A DNA stretch of 64,000 nt. Origin: an uncultured Gammaproteobacteria bacterium (GTDB lineage: Bacteria; Patescibacteriota; Patescibacteriia; SBBC01; CAIJZX01). The stretch covers positions 134,586 through 198,585 of the forward strand of contig CAYNGY010000001.1 in assembly GCA_964397195.1 (NCBI GenBank), given 5' to 3'. The notes beneath the pieces were generated by a model. It was not told the DNA's origin and searched no databases. It saw only the letters and a program-made list of their open reading frames with translations. Made by a program: the position numbers and the translations under genes. Below are positions 7,566 to 18,957 of the stretch, piece by piece. Within the stretch, counting starts at the first letter, position 1. Each line of letters opens with the position of its first letter.

Positions 7566-9062
7566 TTACTTTCGCTTGAAAACTGTGGCCGGGCCTTGTT
7601 CGAACACGAGGATCCACTCGGGAGCAGTGCGCAGATACGTTTGGTAGGCTGCGACCTGTTCGGCAGTGTAGGGCCAGGCTGGTGCACGCGGGTCGAGGGC
7701 GATGTATGTGGTATCCTCATGAAGATTTGGAAAATGGTAGAGGGTAGTGCGGTGTGTTAGGTGCGGCGCAAAGGCATCTTGGGCGCTGACCACGGCATCG
7801 TTCGGGATAGATGCGACCAGGGTATTCCATGTCGCCACGGGGCGCGTGCGGAGTTGCTGGTCATGAAAAAAAGCGAGCGGTGTGACTCGGATGTAGACAA
7901 TCGATACGGCACCGACGCAAAAAACAGCGACACCATAGGCCAGACCGCGCGACCATTTCCATTTTGAAAAGTCAGCCAGGGCTAATAATGTCGCGATGAG
8001 GTAGACCGCCATCATCCCCACCTGATAGTGGAACTGAAACATCCACAAGCCGGTGTTCGTCGTCCAGAAACGTTCGCCTAACGTCAGCAGGGTCATCGGC
8101 CACATCGTCCAGGTCAAAAGTGGGAAATACAGAAACGAGCCCACTGTGTATTTTGTGGTCTCAATCTTTTCCGGTGCATCGCGGAGGAGGGTGAACGTGC
8201 GTTGTGGATGCAGGACAATATTTTTAACGACCGTCGCCGGGGTGTCGCCGATCTGATCATACTGATTCAGGTACACGTAACCCTGTCCATCGGACAAAGC
8301 GGGAATGATGAGTCGAGTAATCAGAAAAAAAGAAATCAAGCCAACGCCGAGCGTCGCGAGACCATGTCGGACGTCGATAGTTTTCCAATGCCACGGCCGT
8401 GCCCGCAATGCAATCGTCAGGCCGAGCAGGGCGGCATAGATGGCCATCGACTCTTTGGTCAGAATAAGTCCAACGACTGCCAACCAATACCATCGCCATT
8501 GTTTTCCGACGGCGAAGATGAGCATCAGCAACATGAACGCCGGTGCAAACGCGATCTCGTGAAAATCAAAGTTGATCGCGGCGAGGATGCCGGGGTGGAC
8601 CGCGGCCGCCAGACTGATCACGGCGACAGCCCAGGTTGGCAGACCAAGGCGACGCCCTAGGATGGTGCCGAGCGGAAAAATCAGACTCAGGAGACAGGCT
8701 TGGGCGACAAGGAGCACGATCGGTGATGACCAGATCCAGTAGAGCGGGACGAGGAGGAGAATAATTGGGTGAAAATGATCACCAAAAAGATTACCGATTC
8801 CGCGAATGGTGCTGGCTGGGGCGGAAAAGTGGCTGGCGTGCCAGAGCGCTTGGTCAAAAATGCCGAGGTCGAACGCGTGGGTTTCGAAATGAAGGTGTCG
8901 CCAGATCGCAATCCAGCTCAATCCGACGGCGAGCAGGACGGTGACTGTCCAAACAAGGGGCCAAAACCACCGCGGCGTCCGTTGCCAGCGTCGCCCGAAA
9001 TAGCTGAGCGTCACCGCTAAGAGTAACGCCCCGAGTCCGGTCCAAAATACCTCCGCGCTCAT
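7566..9062 (-). CDS. DUF2079-family membrane protein (GT-C-like)
   Basis: AFDLGIFDQ, GDHFHPI.LLL.PLY, FDFHE and KE motifs; many TM segments. Confidence 0.85.
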   Translation of the reverse strand: MSAEVFWTGLGALLLAVTLSYFGRRWQRTPRWFWPLVWTVTVLLAVGLSWIAIWRHLHFETHAFDLGIFDQALWHASHFSAPASTIRGIGNLFGDHFHPIILLLVPLYWIWSSPIVLLVAQACLLSLIFPLGTILGRRLGLPTWAVAVISLAAAVHPGILAAINFDFHEIAFAPAFMLLMLIFAVGKQWRWYWLAVVGLILTKESMAIYAALLGLTIALRARPWHWKTIDVRHGLATLGVGLISFFLITRLIIPALSDGQGYVYLNQYDQIGDTPATVVKNIVLHPQRTFTLLRDAPEKIETTKYTVGSFLYFPLLTWTMWPMTLLTLGERFWTTNTGLWMFQFHYQVGMMAVYLIATLLALADFSKWKWSRGLAYGVAVFCVGAVSIVYIRVTPLAFFHDQQLRTRPVATWNTLVASIPNDAVVSAQDAFAPHLTHRTTLYHFPNLHEDTTYIALDPRAPAWPYTAEQVAAYQTYLRTAPEWILVFEQGPATVFKRK

Positions 9063-10003
9063 GACTCGTCCTTCTCGTCGGGGCGGGTCGTGCCGTGGAA
9101 CGCTTGATGGATTTCCTTCAACTGCTTATTTGTGACGTGGGTGTAGACCTGCGTTGTCTGAATAGATGAGTGGCCGAGCATGGCCTGGACACTCCGAATG
9201 TCCGCACCGTTTTGAAGAAGGTCGGTCGCATACGAGTGCCGCAATGTGTGCGGGGTGACGCGTTTCGTTAAACCGGCCGCTTTTGCATATTGATCAACGA
9301 GGCGCTCGATCGACCGAGGCGTGAGTGGGGTCACCTCGTTCGAACGCCGGCCGGCGCGATCGAGCCGAATAAACATGGCCTGATGATCATCGGTGCGGCG
9401 CTCAAGAAATTCCCCGAGCCACTTCTTCGCCATCGGCGAGAGGAAAACAACGCGGAGCTTGTCGCCTTTACCGCGGATGGTGAACTCGTCTTTTTTGAGA
9501 TTGATGTTATCTCGTTTCAGGCTGGCCAGTTCAGAGACGCGCAGGCCGGTCGAGAAGAGTAGTTCCAAGATCGCTTTGTCGCGTAACTCCAACAGTGATT
9601 GCCCATGCGCGATCGGCGCGTTCAAAAACCGCTGAAGATCGTCGCCGTCGAGGACGCTGACCTGGCGCTCGGCCACTTTCGCTAATTCGATTTTTTCCGG
9701 CGCCAATGTTTTTACGTCCTGCTTCTGTAAATATTTGAGGAATGAGCGCAGGGCGATGAGATAATAATTTTGGGTGGACTTCTTTAACGGCTGACCGCGG
9801 TGACTAATCTGACGATTCAGCCAGAGCCGAAAGTCTCGAACATCATCGAGCGTTAAGGCGCTGGGCGAGCTAACCTTACTGATCGCTAAGAAGCGGGTCA
9901 GGTACAGATCATAATTCCGGCGGGTCAACAGGCTCTTGCCACGCTCGACTTCAATATAGGTCAGGAATCGATCTTTCCAGCGGGTGAATTCATTGATGCT
10001 CAT
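9059..10003 (-). CDS. Tyrosine recombinase XerC/XerD family
   Basis: RDKAILELLFSTGLRVSEL, GKGDKLR, TPHTLRHSYAT.LLQNGADIRSVQAMLGHSSIQTTQVYTH; promoter TTGAAG-17-TACAAT with -10 6 nt before MSINEF. Confidence 0.95.
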   Translation of the reverse strand: MSINEFTRWKDRFLTYIEVERGKSLLTRRNYDLYLTRFLAISKVSSPSALTLDDVRDFRLWLNRQISHRGQPLKKSTQNYYLIALRSFLKYLQKQDVKTLAPEKIELAKVAERQVSVLDGDDLQRFLNAPIAHGQSLLELRDKAILELLFSTGLRVSELASLKRDNINLKKDEFTIRGKGDKLRVVFLSPMAKKWLGEFLERRTDDHQAMFIRLDRAGRRSNEVTPLTPRSIERLVDQYAKAAGLTKRVTPHTLRHSYATDLLQNGADIRSVQAMLGHSSIQTTQVYTHVTNKQLKEIHQAFHGTTRPDEKDES

Positions 10004-10058
10004 GTCAATATTGTACGACACTTCTGATAGGCCTTCAAGAGCCCTAAAACGGCCTAGA

Positions 10059-10179
10059 TTGACTTCTACGCCGTTCTCTGGTAATATCTCAGCGTTTTAC
10101 ATGACGACTAACCCCTGACGATTTCTTGGTTTCGCCCTGGCCGGGCCGACTCGGAATCGCCGCTTGAAAGGACGGCACC
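10059..10179 (+). promoter_or_regulatory. rpsO promoter and ~85-nt 5' leader (possible S15 autoregulatory element)
   Basis: TTGACT-17-TAATAT, then a GC-rich leader ending in the RBS GAAAGGA. Confidence 0.55.
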
Positions 10180-10449
10180 ATGCCACTCTCGAAAGACGAC
10201 AAGGACAAGATCATCAAGAAGTATAAGACCCATGAAGCTGACACGGGTTCTTCGGATGTCCAAATTGCGCTGCTGACAGCCGAGATTGAACAGCTGACTG
10301 AGCACCTGCAGACGCACAAGAAGGACTTTTCGTCGCGTCGTGGACTCTTGAAGAAAGTTGGACTGCGCCGACGGCTTCTGCGCTACCTGCAAAAAGACAA
10401 CCCAACCGGATTCGAGGAGATTACCAAGAAACTTAAACTCAAGGTCTAA
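10180..10449 (+). CDS. rpsO: 30S ribosomal protein S15
   Basis: DTGSSDVQIALLT..I..L.EHL..HKKD.SSRRGLLK.VG.RRRLLRYL. Confidence 0.99.
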   Translation: MPLSKDDKDKIIKKYKTHEADTGSSDVQIALLTAEIEQLTEHLQTHKKDFSSRRGLLKKVGLRRRLLRYLQKDNPTGFEEITKKLKLKV

Positions 10450-10451
10450 AC

Positions 10452-11072
10452 ATGAACCATTCGCAACGCGTCGGCGTCTTCGTCGATGTGGCGAACATGT
10501 ACTACTCGGCCAAGAACATCCACGGCACGCGGGTGAACTTTGGGAAACTCCTAGAAGACGCTGTTGGTGACCGCGAATTGGTTCGCGCCTTAGCCTACGT
10601 GATCAAGGCCGACTCGCCTGACGAGAATCGTTTTTTTGAAGCGCTGGATAAGCAGGGATTCGAGCTCCACATGAAAGATCTTCAGGTCTTCGCCGGTGGG
10701 GCGAAGAAAGGCGACTGGGATGTTGGGATTACGGTTGATGCCATTGCTATGTCGTCGCGACTCGACATCGTCGTCTTAGTCACTGGTGACGGCGATTACA
10801 TCCCGCTTGTCCAGTATCTCAAAAGCGCCTCCGGGTGTCGCGTTGAAGTCATGGCCTTCGGCGAATCAACCTCGCAAAAACTCCGCGAGGTCTCCGATAA
10901 GTTTATCGACCTTTCGGCCGATAAGAAGAAGTATCTGTTCCCGATTCGGCCGGGACTTCGTCCAAATATTCCGCGCCCGCGATTCCTCGGCGGAAAGAAT
11001 CGCCAAGACCTGCCGCGCTATGAGTCACCGGCTACCCTACACGAACCGCCAACGGAGTATCATGCCGATTAG
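10452..11072 (+). CDS. NYN domain (LabA/DUF88) PIN-like nuclease
   Basis: VFVDVAN, KGDWDVGITVDA, LVTGDGDY.PL and SDKFIDL motifs. Confidence 0.92.
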   Translation: MNHSQRVGVFVDVANMYYSAKNIHGTRVNFGKLLEDAVGDRELVRALAYVIKADSPDENRFFEALDKQGFELHMKDLQVFAGGAKKGDWDVGITVDAIAMSSRLDIVVLVTGDGDYIPLVQYLKSASGCRVEVMAFGESTSQKLREVSDKFIDLSADKKKYLFPIRPGLRPNIPRPRFLGGKNRQDLPRYESPATLHEPPTEYHAD

Positions 11073-11838
11073 TCAGATTACCCCAATTCCGGAACAACAG
11101 CCGCGCCCAGTGACGCCGGAATTCCTCCGTCCCCAATACATGGTCTTGCAACCGGTGAGTCGTGTCGAAGTCATCCAGATGCAGACGCGTCCAATCACTC
11201 CGGAAACGATGCCGGCGATCGTCGAACGCGACTACACCAACATCGGCGAAGCCTACCACGAGGCATTCGTCCAAGCCGATCAACTGCCAACTATGTTCAT
11301 CGAGCAGGATATGACCGAAGCGTCGGTGTATACCTCCGAGCGAGAAGTGCTCCACGAATTCATGGAGGCGGTCATGGACTACTTGAAAGAACAGCCGTCC
11401 TTCCAGCACCTAAAAACGCTGGCCGAGACCGACCCGGCGGCGATCACGAAATTCGATATTGATCCGGTCTTCGAAGCCTACGAGCGCGGGTTGCGGACAG
11501 CCTTCCGTGAAATCAAAATGGATCTGACCCGGCCACAACGGAGTGAGTTGCAGCAGGCGCTGGCGGAACTGAACTGGAGCTATAAGGATGTGATTGCCAA
11601 CCATGTCCTAGCCTTATCGGAAGGCGCATCCCAGCTCGAATACGACCCGATGGATATTTTTCTCTTGGTCAATCCCAAAGCGCGACGGATTGAGTACACC
11701 AGTACGAGCGAAGCGCGCCATCTCATTCAACATTTCGGCAGCACGATGACCAAGGATGTCATTACCCGCGACCTGCAGCGCGCCATTCCGGCGCACCTGG
11801 AGAGCGCGTTCGATGACACGCCGGCCATGGCCGCCTAG
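11062..11838 (+). CDS. Hypothetical protein
   Basis: GGAG RBS before MPISQ; overlaps the NYN stop; coding-like composition. Confidence 0.7.
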   Translation: MPISQITPIPEQQPRPVTPEFLRPQYMVLQPVSRVEVIQMQTRPITPETMPAIVERDYTNIGEAYHEAFVQADQLPTMFIEQDMTEASVYTSEREVLHEFMEAVMDYLKEQPSFQHLKTLAETDPAAITKFDIDPVFEAYERGLRTAFREIKMDLTRPQRSELQQALAELNWSYKDVIANHVLALSEGASQLEYDPMDIFLLVNPKARRIEYTSTSEARHLIQHFGSTMTKDVITRDLQRAIPAHLESAFDDTPAMAA

Positions 11839-11863
11839 TCACGCCCCTTCGATTATTCACTGA

Positions 11864-11929
11864 TGATGTTCGTCAGACACGTAGACTGACACGGCCCGAA
11901 ACCGTCAGGTCTAAAGTCTGGCGATCATC
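11864..11929 (+). promoter_or_regulatory. Long irregular hairpin upstream of pnp (RNase III-type processing site)
   Basis: Nested complementary arms GATGAT/ATCATC, CAGAC/GTCTG, TAGAC/GTCTA, CTGAC-ACGG/CCGT-CAG. Confidence 0.6.
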
Positions 11930-11947
11930 TTGAAAGGATTGCGTCCT

Positions 11948-14284
<2,337 letters not shown>

Positions 14285-14294
14285 ACCCGTTTCA

Positions 14295-14326
14295 AAAACA
14301 CCTCCGCCAATCGGCGGGGGTGTTTT
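14295..14326 (+). terminator. Intrinsic (likely bidirectional) terminator
   Basis: AAAACACCTCCGCC-AATC-GGCGGGGGTGTTTT. Confidence 0.85.
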
Positions 14327-14403
14327 GACACGCGCGACACAATGCCGTAAGGTCTGGTCGAATCCTTTGTACCTCCATTCTCCCTATCGACGACGAGGGC
14401 AAT

Positions 14404-15054
14404 ATGAGCGTCACGCGACGCATGCCGCATCCGGACGATCGTGAGCGTCGGGCGTGGGGCTGGGCCATCGGTCTCCAGCTTATCGTCGACATTCTCGAGG
14501 GAGTCATGGCCCCGCATACGCGGAGCCATGCGCTCTGGTCCGACTTCCTGCACAACGCGAACGATGTGGTGTTAATGGCTATTAGTGCCTGGCCCGTCTA
14601 CAGCGTCATGCTTCTCCACCATCGGGGATACGCCGATCGGAAATCACGCTGGCGGCATCTGGCATCGAAAATCAACATCGCTGCCTTGATGATCAGCGGC
14701 GCCGGCGCCTGTCTGCTCGGTGTACAGCGCCTGTTGGGGCACCCGGTCGACGTGAATTACGCCGCCGCCTGGCCGATCGCCGCCATTTCCGCGGTCGCCA
14801 ACATGATCATCTATTTGGCCATCAGGCCGTTCGGTGGTCATAGCCATATCCGCGTGCTTGGCTGGCACCAGCTCTGGGATGTCTTCAGTGCGCTGAGCAC
14901 GGTTGCCATCCTGATGCTCGGCACCTCCACCAGCGGGGCGCAACTCGACGCCACTGCCTCCATCCTGATCGGTCTCGGGATGATGCTCCACTGGCCGGCC
15001 CATCGCTTCTTCGGGCGCCAGGGTCGCCCCTGTACGCACCACCATGGCGCGTGA
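14404..15054 (+). CDS. Cation diffusion facilitator, transmembrane domain only
   Basis: S.ALWSDFLHNAND (TM2 HxxxD), HQLWD (TM5 HxxxD) and LDATASILIG; promoter TTGACA-17-TAAGGT at 14325-14353. Confidence 0.8.
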   Translation: MSVTRRMPHPDDRERRAWGWAIGLQLIVDILEGVMAPHTRSHALWSDFLHNANDVVLMAISAWPVYSVMLLHHRGYADRKSRWRHLASKINIAALMISGAGACLLGVQRLLGHPVDVNYAAAWPIAAISAVANMIIYLAIRPFGGHSHIRVLGWHQLWDVFSALSTVAILMLGTSTSGAQLDATASILIGLGMMLHWPAHRFFGRQGRPCTHHHGA

Positions 15055-15073
15055 CGGCCTCGCCGTCACGCGC
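15047..15073. terminator. 12-bp perfect hairpin
   Basis: GCGCGTGACGGC-CTC-GCCGTCACGCGC. Confidence 0.55.
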
Positions 15074-15108
15074 TTCATTCTATATAAACACTCGTGTATA
15101 CTGCGGCT

Positions 15109-15864
15109 ATGGAGTATCGCGTCCCGAATCAACGAGGCCTCGAACTTGATGTCTTAGTCACCGGCGAGCCAACCGGAATCACCGTGCTCTGCGTCCATGG
15201 CTTTGGCACAGGCAAGCATGAGAACGGAGATCTCCTGCGGGATGTGGCGACGGAATTGCGGGAAACCGCGCAAGTCGTGCAATTTGATTTTTCGGGCTAC
15301 GGACAAAGTCAGGGCCACGATGTCGACGCCAGTATTGAGACCATGACCGCCGATGTGAATGCCATGGTCGCCTGGATAAAAGCGCAGTTCCCGGGACGGG
15401 CCATGATTCTCGCGCACTCGATGGGCTGTTTTGCGGTCGCCAACGCGGCGCCGGTGGGCATTGAACGATCTATCTTTAGTGGCATTCCGCGACCCAATAC
15501 CGACGAATCCATCCAAGCACTCCAACGGCGCCTCCTCCAGCGCGGCGGGACGCTCAATGTGGACGGAGTGAGCATCTACCCGCGCAAGGATGGACAGCGC
15601 CAGCGTCTCGGCCGACAGTACTGGTCATCGTTGGCCGCGCTCGACCCGCTTGGACTTGTTCAAAGCTACGCGCGGACTACCGAGCTCACCATCATTAAAC
15701 CGCTCGAGGACGAAATCATTGGTGGATCTGAGATTACCTCGGCCTATCGCCGCCTACCCGGCGTGACGATGGTCGAACTACACGGCGATCACGGTTTCAC
15801 GAAACCGAAGGATCGTCGTGCCTACCTTCGGAAGGTCCACGAGCTCATCGCCGAACGAGGATAA
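15109..15864 (+). CDS. Alpha/beta hydrolase
   Basis: VHGFG, FDFSGYGQS.G, AHSMG nucleophile and GDHGF. Confidence 0.92.
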   Translation: MEYRVPNQRGLELDVLVTGEPTGITVLCVHGFGTGKHENGDLLRDVATELRETAQVVQFDFSGYGQSQGHDVDASIETMTADVNAMVAWIKAQFPGRAMILAHSMGCFAVANAAPVGIERSIFSGIPRPNTDESIQALQRRLLQRGGTLNVDGVSIYPRKDGQRQRLGRQYWSSLAALDPLGLVQSYARTTELTIIKPLEDEIIGGSEITSAYRRLPGVTMVELHGDHGFTKPKDRRAYLRKVHELIAERG

Positions 15865-15866
15865 TT

Positions 15867-16451
15867 ATGGCCACCTTTTTCAAACTGATAACCATTTCCG
15901 GGACGCCAGGCGCTGGGAAGGGAACAGCCGCCCAGTTGTTATCCCGAAAATTGAAAATCCCGGCCTACTCAATCGGCGATATTCGCCGAAGTTTAGCGAA
16001 AGACCGCGGGATGACCCTAGAGCAGTTTAATCGGTACGGTGAAACGTACCCGGAAACGGACCGCGATGTCGACCGCTGGCAAGGAACTATCGCCAAACGG
16101 AAAAAAGTCGGTATTTTTGACGGTCGGGTCTCGTATTATTTCATTCCACAGTCATTTAAGGTTTTTTTGCGCTGTGACAAGCGAGTCGGGGCCTGGCGGG
16201 TGATGCATGATCCGGCTAAAAAGCGGAAAAACGAGGCCGATCACTCAACCATCAAGAAAACCATGGCCTCCCTACGTCGCCGGGCGGCTAGCGACGCGCG
16301 ACGTTACCGCGCATTTTATGGGATCAGCATCTTTGACCGCTCACAATACGATCTTGTTCTTTCCACGACGAACAAAACCCCGGAACAGGTGGCCAGAGCG
16401 ATTATGGCGGCCCTGAAAAAATGGTCTTCGGGACGAAATGTGGGTAAATAA
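15867..16451 (+). CDS. cmk: Cytidylate kinase (archaeal-type/short family)
   Basis: ITISGTPGAGKGT, GDIRR.LA..RGMTL..F, R..SD..RY...YGI and YDLVL. Confidence 0.85.
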   Translation: MATFFKLITISGTPGAGKGTAAQLLSRKLKIPAYSIGDIRRSLAKDRGMTLEQFNRYGETYPETDRDVDRWQGTIAKRKKVGIFDGRVSYYFIPQSFKVFLRCDKRVGAWRVMHDPAKKRKNEADHSTIKKTMASLRRRAASDARRYRAFYGISIFDRSQYDLVLSTTNKTPEQVARAIMAALKKWSSGRNVGK

Positions 16452-16587
16452 CGGGTATGTGGACAACCGATATGTTGAAATATGGAGTTATCCACAGATT
16501 AGAAACAGCTGAGAAAAGGCTAACTTTAGCCAAATAGAGTCTCAGAAAGGGTCGATTCTTGACAAAAGCCATTTTTGGTGCTATACT
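16439..16587 (+). promoter_or_regulatory. DnaA-type boxes and a strong sigma70 promoter
   Basis: TGTGGGTAA (16439), TGTGGACAA (16458) and perfect TTATCCACA (16488); TTGACA(16559)-17-TGcTATACT(16582). Confidence 0.75.
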
Positions 16588-16593
16588 CGTCGT

Positions 16594-16969
16594 GTAAGCT
16601 TTTTTCACAACAAAGTTGACTCCTAGTCAAGAAAGCAGTGTGACTCAAGAAATTGGGTCCCAGTACTGTCCCGACTATCCAATTGGCGACTGAGCGCCGC
16701 ATAAAATCAAAAACAAAATAACGGTTCGTTCTACATCGAGTGAAATCGATCGGGATAGAACCATGAGGACGGTCGCGACATGCTCCTTACCAAGCTCAGT
16801 ATTCGTAAGAGCCTCAGCAGAGGCGCTTCATATGGTTCGGTGCACATTCGCGCTCCCCGGGCGGATCCAGGGGACTGCGAACGTGCGCCGAAACATTGGC
16901 AACTCCGCTATTAGAGGGCTCCACGCCCTTATTCCCTATGAGTACGCGTTGGCAGCCCTCTTTTCTTTT
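16594..16969 (+). ncRNA. Candidate large structured ncRNA of unrecognised class
   Basis: No credible ORF; bounded by a promoter and a terminator; at least 7 helices and a 7-bp loop-loop complement (ACTGAGC 16689 / GCTCAGT 16794). Confidence 0.6.
16913..16969 (+). terminator. Intrinsic terminator
   Basis: AGAGGGCT...AGCCCTCT followed by TTTCTTTT. Confidence 0.75.
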
Positions 16970-16992
16970 ACAAAAAATGTATACTAGAGGAG

Positions 16993-17430
16993 ATGAAGCA
17001 ACTATTTCCATGGCTAGTCAGCGGTTTCGCGCTTGGCCTCGACCAATGGCTGAAAGCGACTGCCGACTCCGGTTCCCAGGCCCATCTCGGCGGCATTTTT
17101 TTTCGACTCTACAAAAATTCGGGACTCGTCTTCTCTATTCCGGCGCCGGGTGTCATCATCGTCGGTTTAACGATGATGGCCTGTGTTTTGATTCTCTGGA
17201 TGCTTTGGTCACGGCGTCACGATCGATGGACGCAATGGCCGGCGGCGCTCTTTGCCGCGGGCGCAGTTAGTAATCTTGGGGACCGGCTCTGGCGCGGGTA
17301 TGTCGTTGATTATTTTTATGTTGGTGATCGAGCGCCGATTATCAATATCGCCGATGTGATGCTCTTCGTGGCTCTGGTGATGATGCTCTGGCCGCGGAAG
17401 GCGTTGACAGTCAAATCGCCGACGGTATGA
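16993..17430 (+). CDS. lspA: Lipoprotein signal peptidase II
   Basis: LDQWLK, NSG.VFS, GAVSNLGDRL.RGYVVDY and INIAD. Confidence 0.92.
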   Translation: MKQLFPWLVSGFALGLDQWLKATADSGSQAHLGGIFFRLYKNSGLVFSIPAPGVIIVGLTMMACVLILWMLWSRRHDRWTQWPAALFAAGAVSNLGDRLWRGYVVDYFYVGDRAPIINIADVMLFVALVMMLWPRKALTVKSPTV

Positions 17431-17457
17431 TGTCAGTAGGGCTTGGCGTGACGATCT

Positions 17458-18957
17458 ATGCACGCCAGCGTCCCCAGCGCCGCCATCCACGGCATCGAGG
17501 CGGTCCTCGTCACCGTCGAAGTTGATATTTCACCCGGCTTACCGGCGGTGCATATTGTTGGCTTACCCGATGCCGCCGTTCAAGAAGCGCGCGAACGAAT
17601 TCGGGCGGCCATTCGGAACGCCGGGTTTGAGTTTCCACTCAGCCGACTAGCAATCAACCTTTCTCCGGCCGACCAACGAAAAGAAGGGGCGGCGTTTGAC
17701 CTGCCGATCGCGGTCGCGGTCCTTATCGCCACGCATCAAATACAGATGAAAGTGGACGACGGAATTTATGTCGGTGAGCTCACGCTCCACGGTGACTGTC
17801 GGGTTATTCCCGGGGCAATTGCCTACGCTCAACTCGCCCAGCGATTACGGCGACGGTTAGTCGTGCCGGAAGAAAATGCAATCGAGGCGAGTCTCATTCC
17901 CGACACGCGGATTTATACCGTGCGCCAACTCCGTGAGGTCTGCGCACCAACGTTCGTCGAGCCGCATCGAGTCACGCTGCCGAGCGCACCCGTGCGGACG
18001 TGGAATATGTGGCCGGCGATCCGTGGTCAAGCCGTGGCAAAACGGGCGGCAGAAATTGCCGTCGCCGGCGGTCACAACCTCTTGATGAGCGGCCCGCCCG
18101 GTACCGGGAAAACCATGATTGCCGAAGGGATGACGGAAATCATTCCGGACTTGGATGATGCCGCGGCGATTGAGGTACTCAATATTGCTAGTCTCGCCGG
18201 TCTGCGCCAAGGCGCGGCGCCATTCACGCGTCGGCCACCATTCCGTCATCCCCATCATAGCGCCTCGGTGGCTTCATGTGTTGGCGGCGGTCGGATCCCG
18301 CGTCCGGGAGAATTCACGGTTGCGCATCATGGCATTTTATTTATGGATGAATTTCCGGAGTTCAGCCGCGAGCATATCGAGTCACTTCGTCAGCCACTCG
18401 AGCAGGGGATGGTCGTGGTAAGCCGCGTCGCTGGCTCAATCGAATTTCCGGCGGCGTTTATGCTGGTGGCGGCGATGAACCCGTGTCCATGCGGGTACGC
18501 GGGCGATCGGACGCGCCCATGCGTGTGTGCGCAGAGCGCCATTCGGCGATATCGACAGCGTATTTCCGGGCCGATTCTTGATCGATTCGATCTGGCTGTG
18601 ACCTTGAATCGGGTCGAAGGGCGCGATGTATCGGTCAGTACTGACGATCCGCGACTGCGGGTGATAGCCGCGCGTGAACAGCAAAAACAACGCGGCCAAA
18701 AAATGGTAAATGCCTATCTCCGTGGGCGAACGTTGATGCAACAAGCACGGCTGACGATGGCCGCCGCCGTCTTTTTGCGAACCGCGCTTGATCGGTTGCA
18801 CCTGTCATTACGGGCGCACGATCGAGTGATTCGGGTCGCCCGAACGATTGCCGATCTCGCCGGAGAACTCGACGTAACCGAACATCATGTCGCCGAGGCG
18901 ATCCAGTACCGACCGCATGCGTTGCTGGACGGACCTAGTAGAACGATAGCGGGTTAA
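17458..18957 (+). CDS. comM: YifB/ComM family AAA+ (Mg-chelatase-like) helicase
   Basis: IVGLPDAAVQEARER, GGHNLLMSGPPGTGKTM, PFRHPHHSAS, MDEFPEF and AAMNPCPCG; promoter TTGACA-16-TATGAT at 17404-17431. Confidence 0.95.
   Translation: MHASVPSAAIHGIEAVLVTVEVDISPGLPAVHIVGLPDAAVQEARERIRAAIRNAGFEFPLSRLAINLSPADQRKEGAAFDLPIAVAVLIATHQIQMKVDDGIYVGELTLHGDCRVIPGAIAYAQLAQRLRRRLVVPEENAIEASLIPDTRIYTVRQLREVCAPTFVEPHRVTLPSAPVRTWNMWPAIRGQAVAKRAAEIAVAGGHNLLMSGPPGTGKTMIAEGMTEIIPDLDDAAAIEVLNIASLAGLRQGAAPFTRRPPFRHPHHSASVASCVGGGRIPRPGEFTVAHHGILFMDEFPEFSREHIESLRQPLEQGMVVVSRVAGSIEFPAAFMLVAAMNPCPCGYAGDRTRPCVCAQSAIRRYRQRISGPILDRFDLAVTLNRVEGRDVSVSTDDPRLRVIAAREQQKQRGQKMVNAYLRGRTLMQQARLTMAAAVFLRTALDRLHLSLRAHDRVIRVARTIADLAGELDVTEHHVAEAIQYRPHALLDGPSRTIAG

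Noticed and set aside
9059-10003. Integrase of a mobile element
   Set aside because: XerC/D-type size and motifs in a housekeeping context next to rpsO; no att repeats seen.
16439-16720. oriC
   Set aside because: Only about three boxes, no dnaA or dnaN nearby, and similar boxes occur at two other promoters. GC skew could not be computed, so this is unsupported rather than disproved.
16818-16910. Lysine riboswitch (AGAGGCGC...GCGCCGAA resembles its P1/P2 ends)
   Set aside because: No loop-E AGUA/GAA motif, no room for P3-P5, and no lysine gene downstream.
16594-16969. tmRNA, RNase P, SRP or T-box identity for the structured region
   Set aside because: No tRNA-like ends or CCA, no GAGGAAAGUCC P4, no SRP GGAAG/AGCAG domain and no GGUGGNACCGCG on either strand. 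A highly divergent member cannot be excluded without cmscan.
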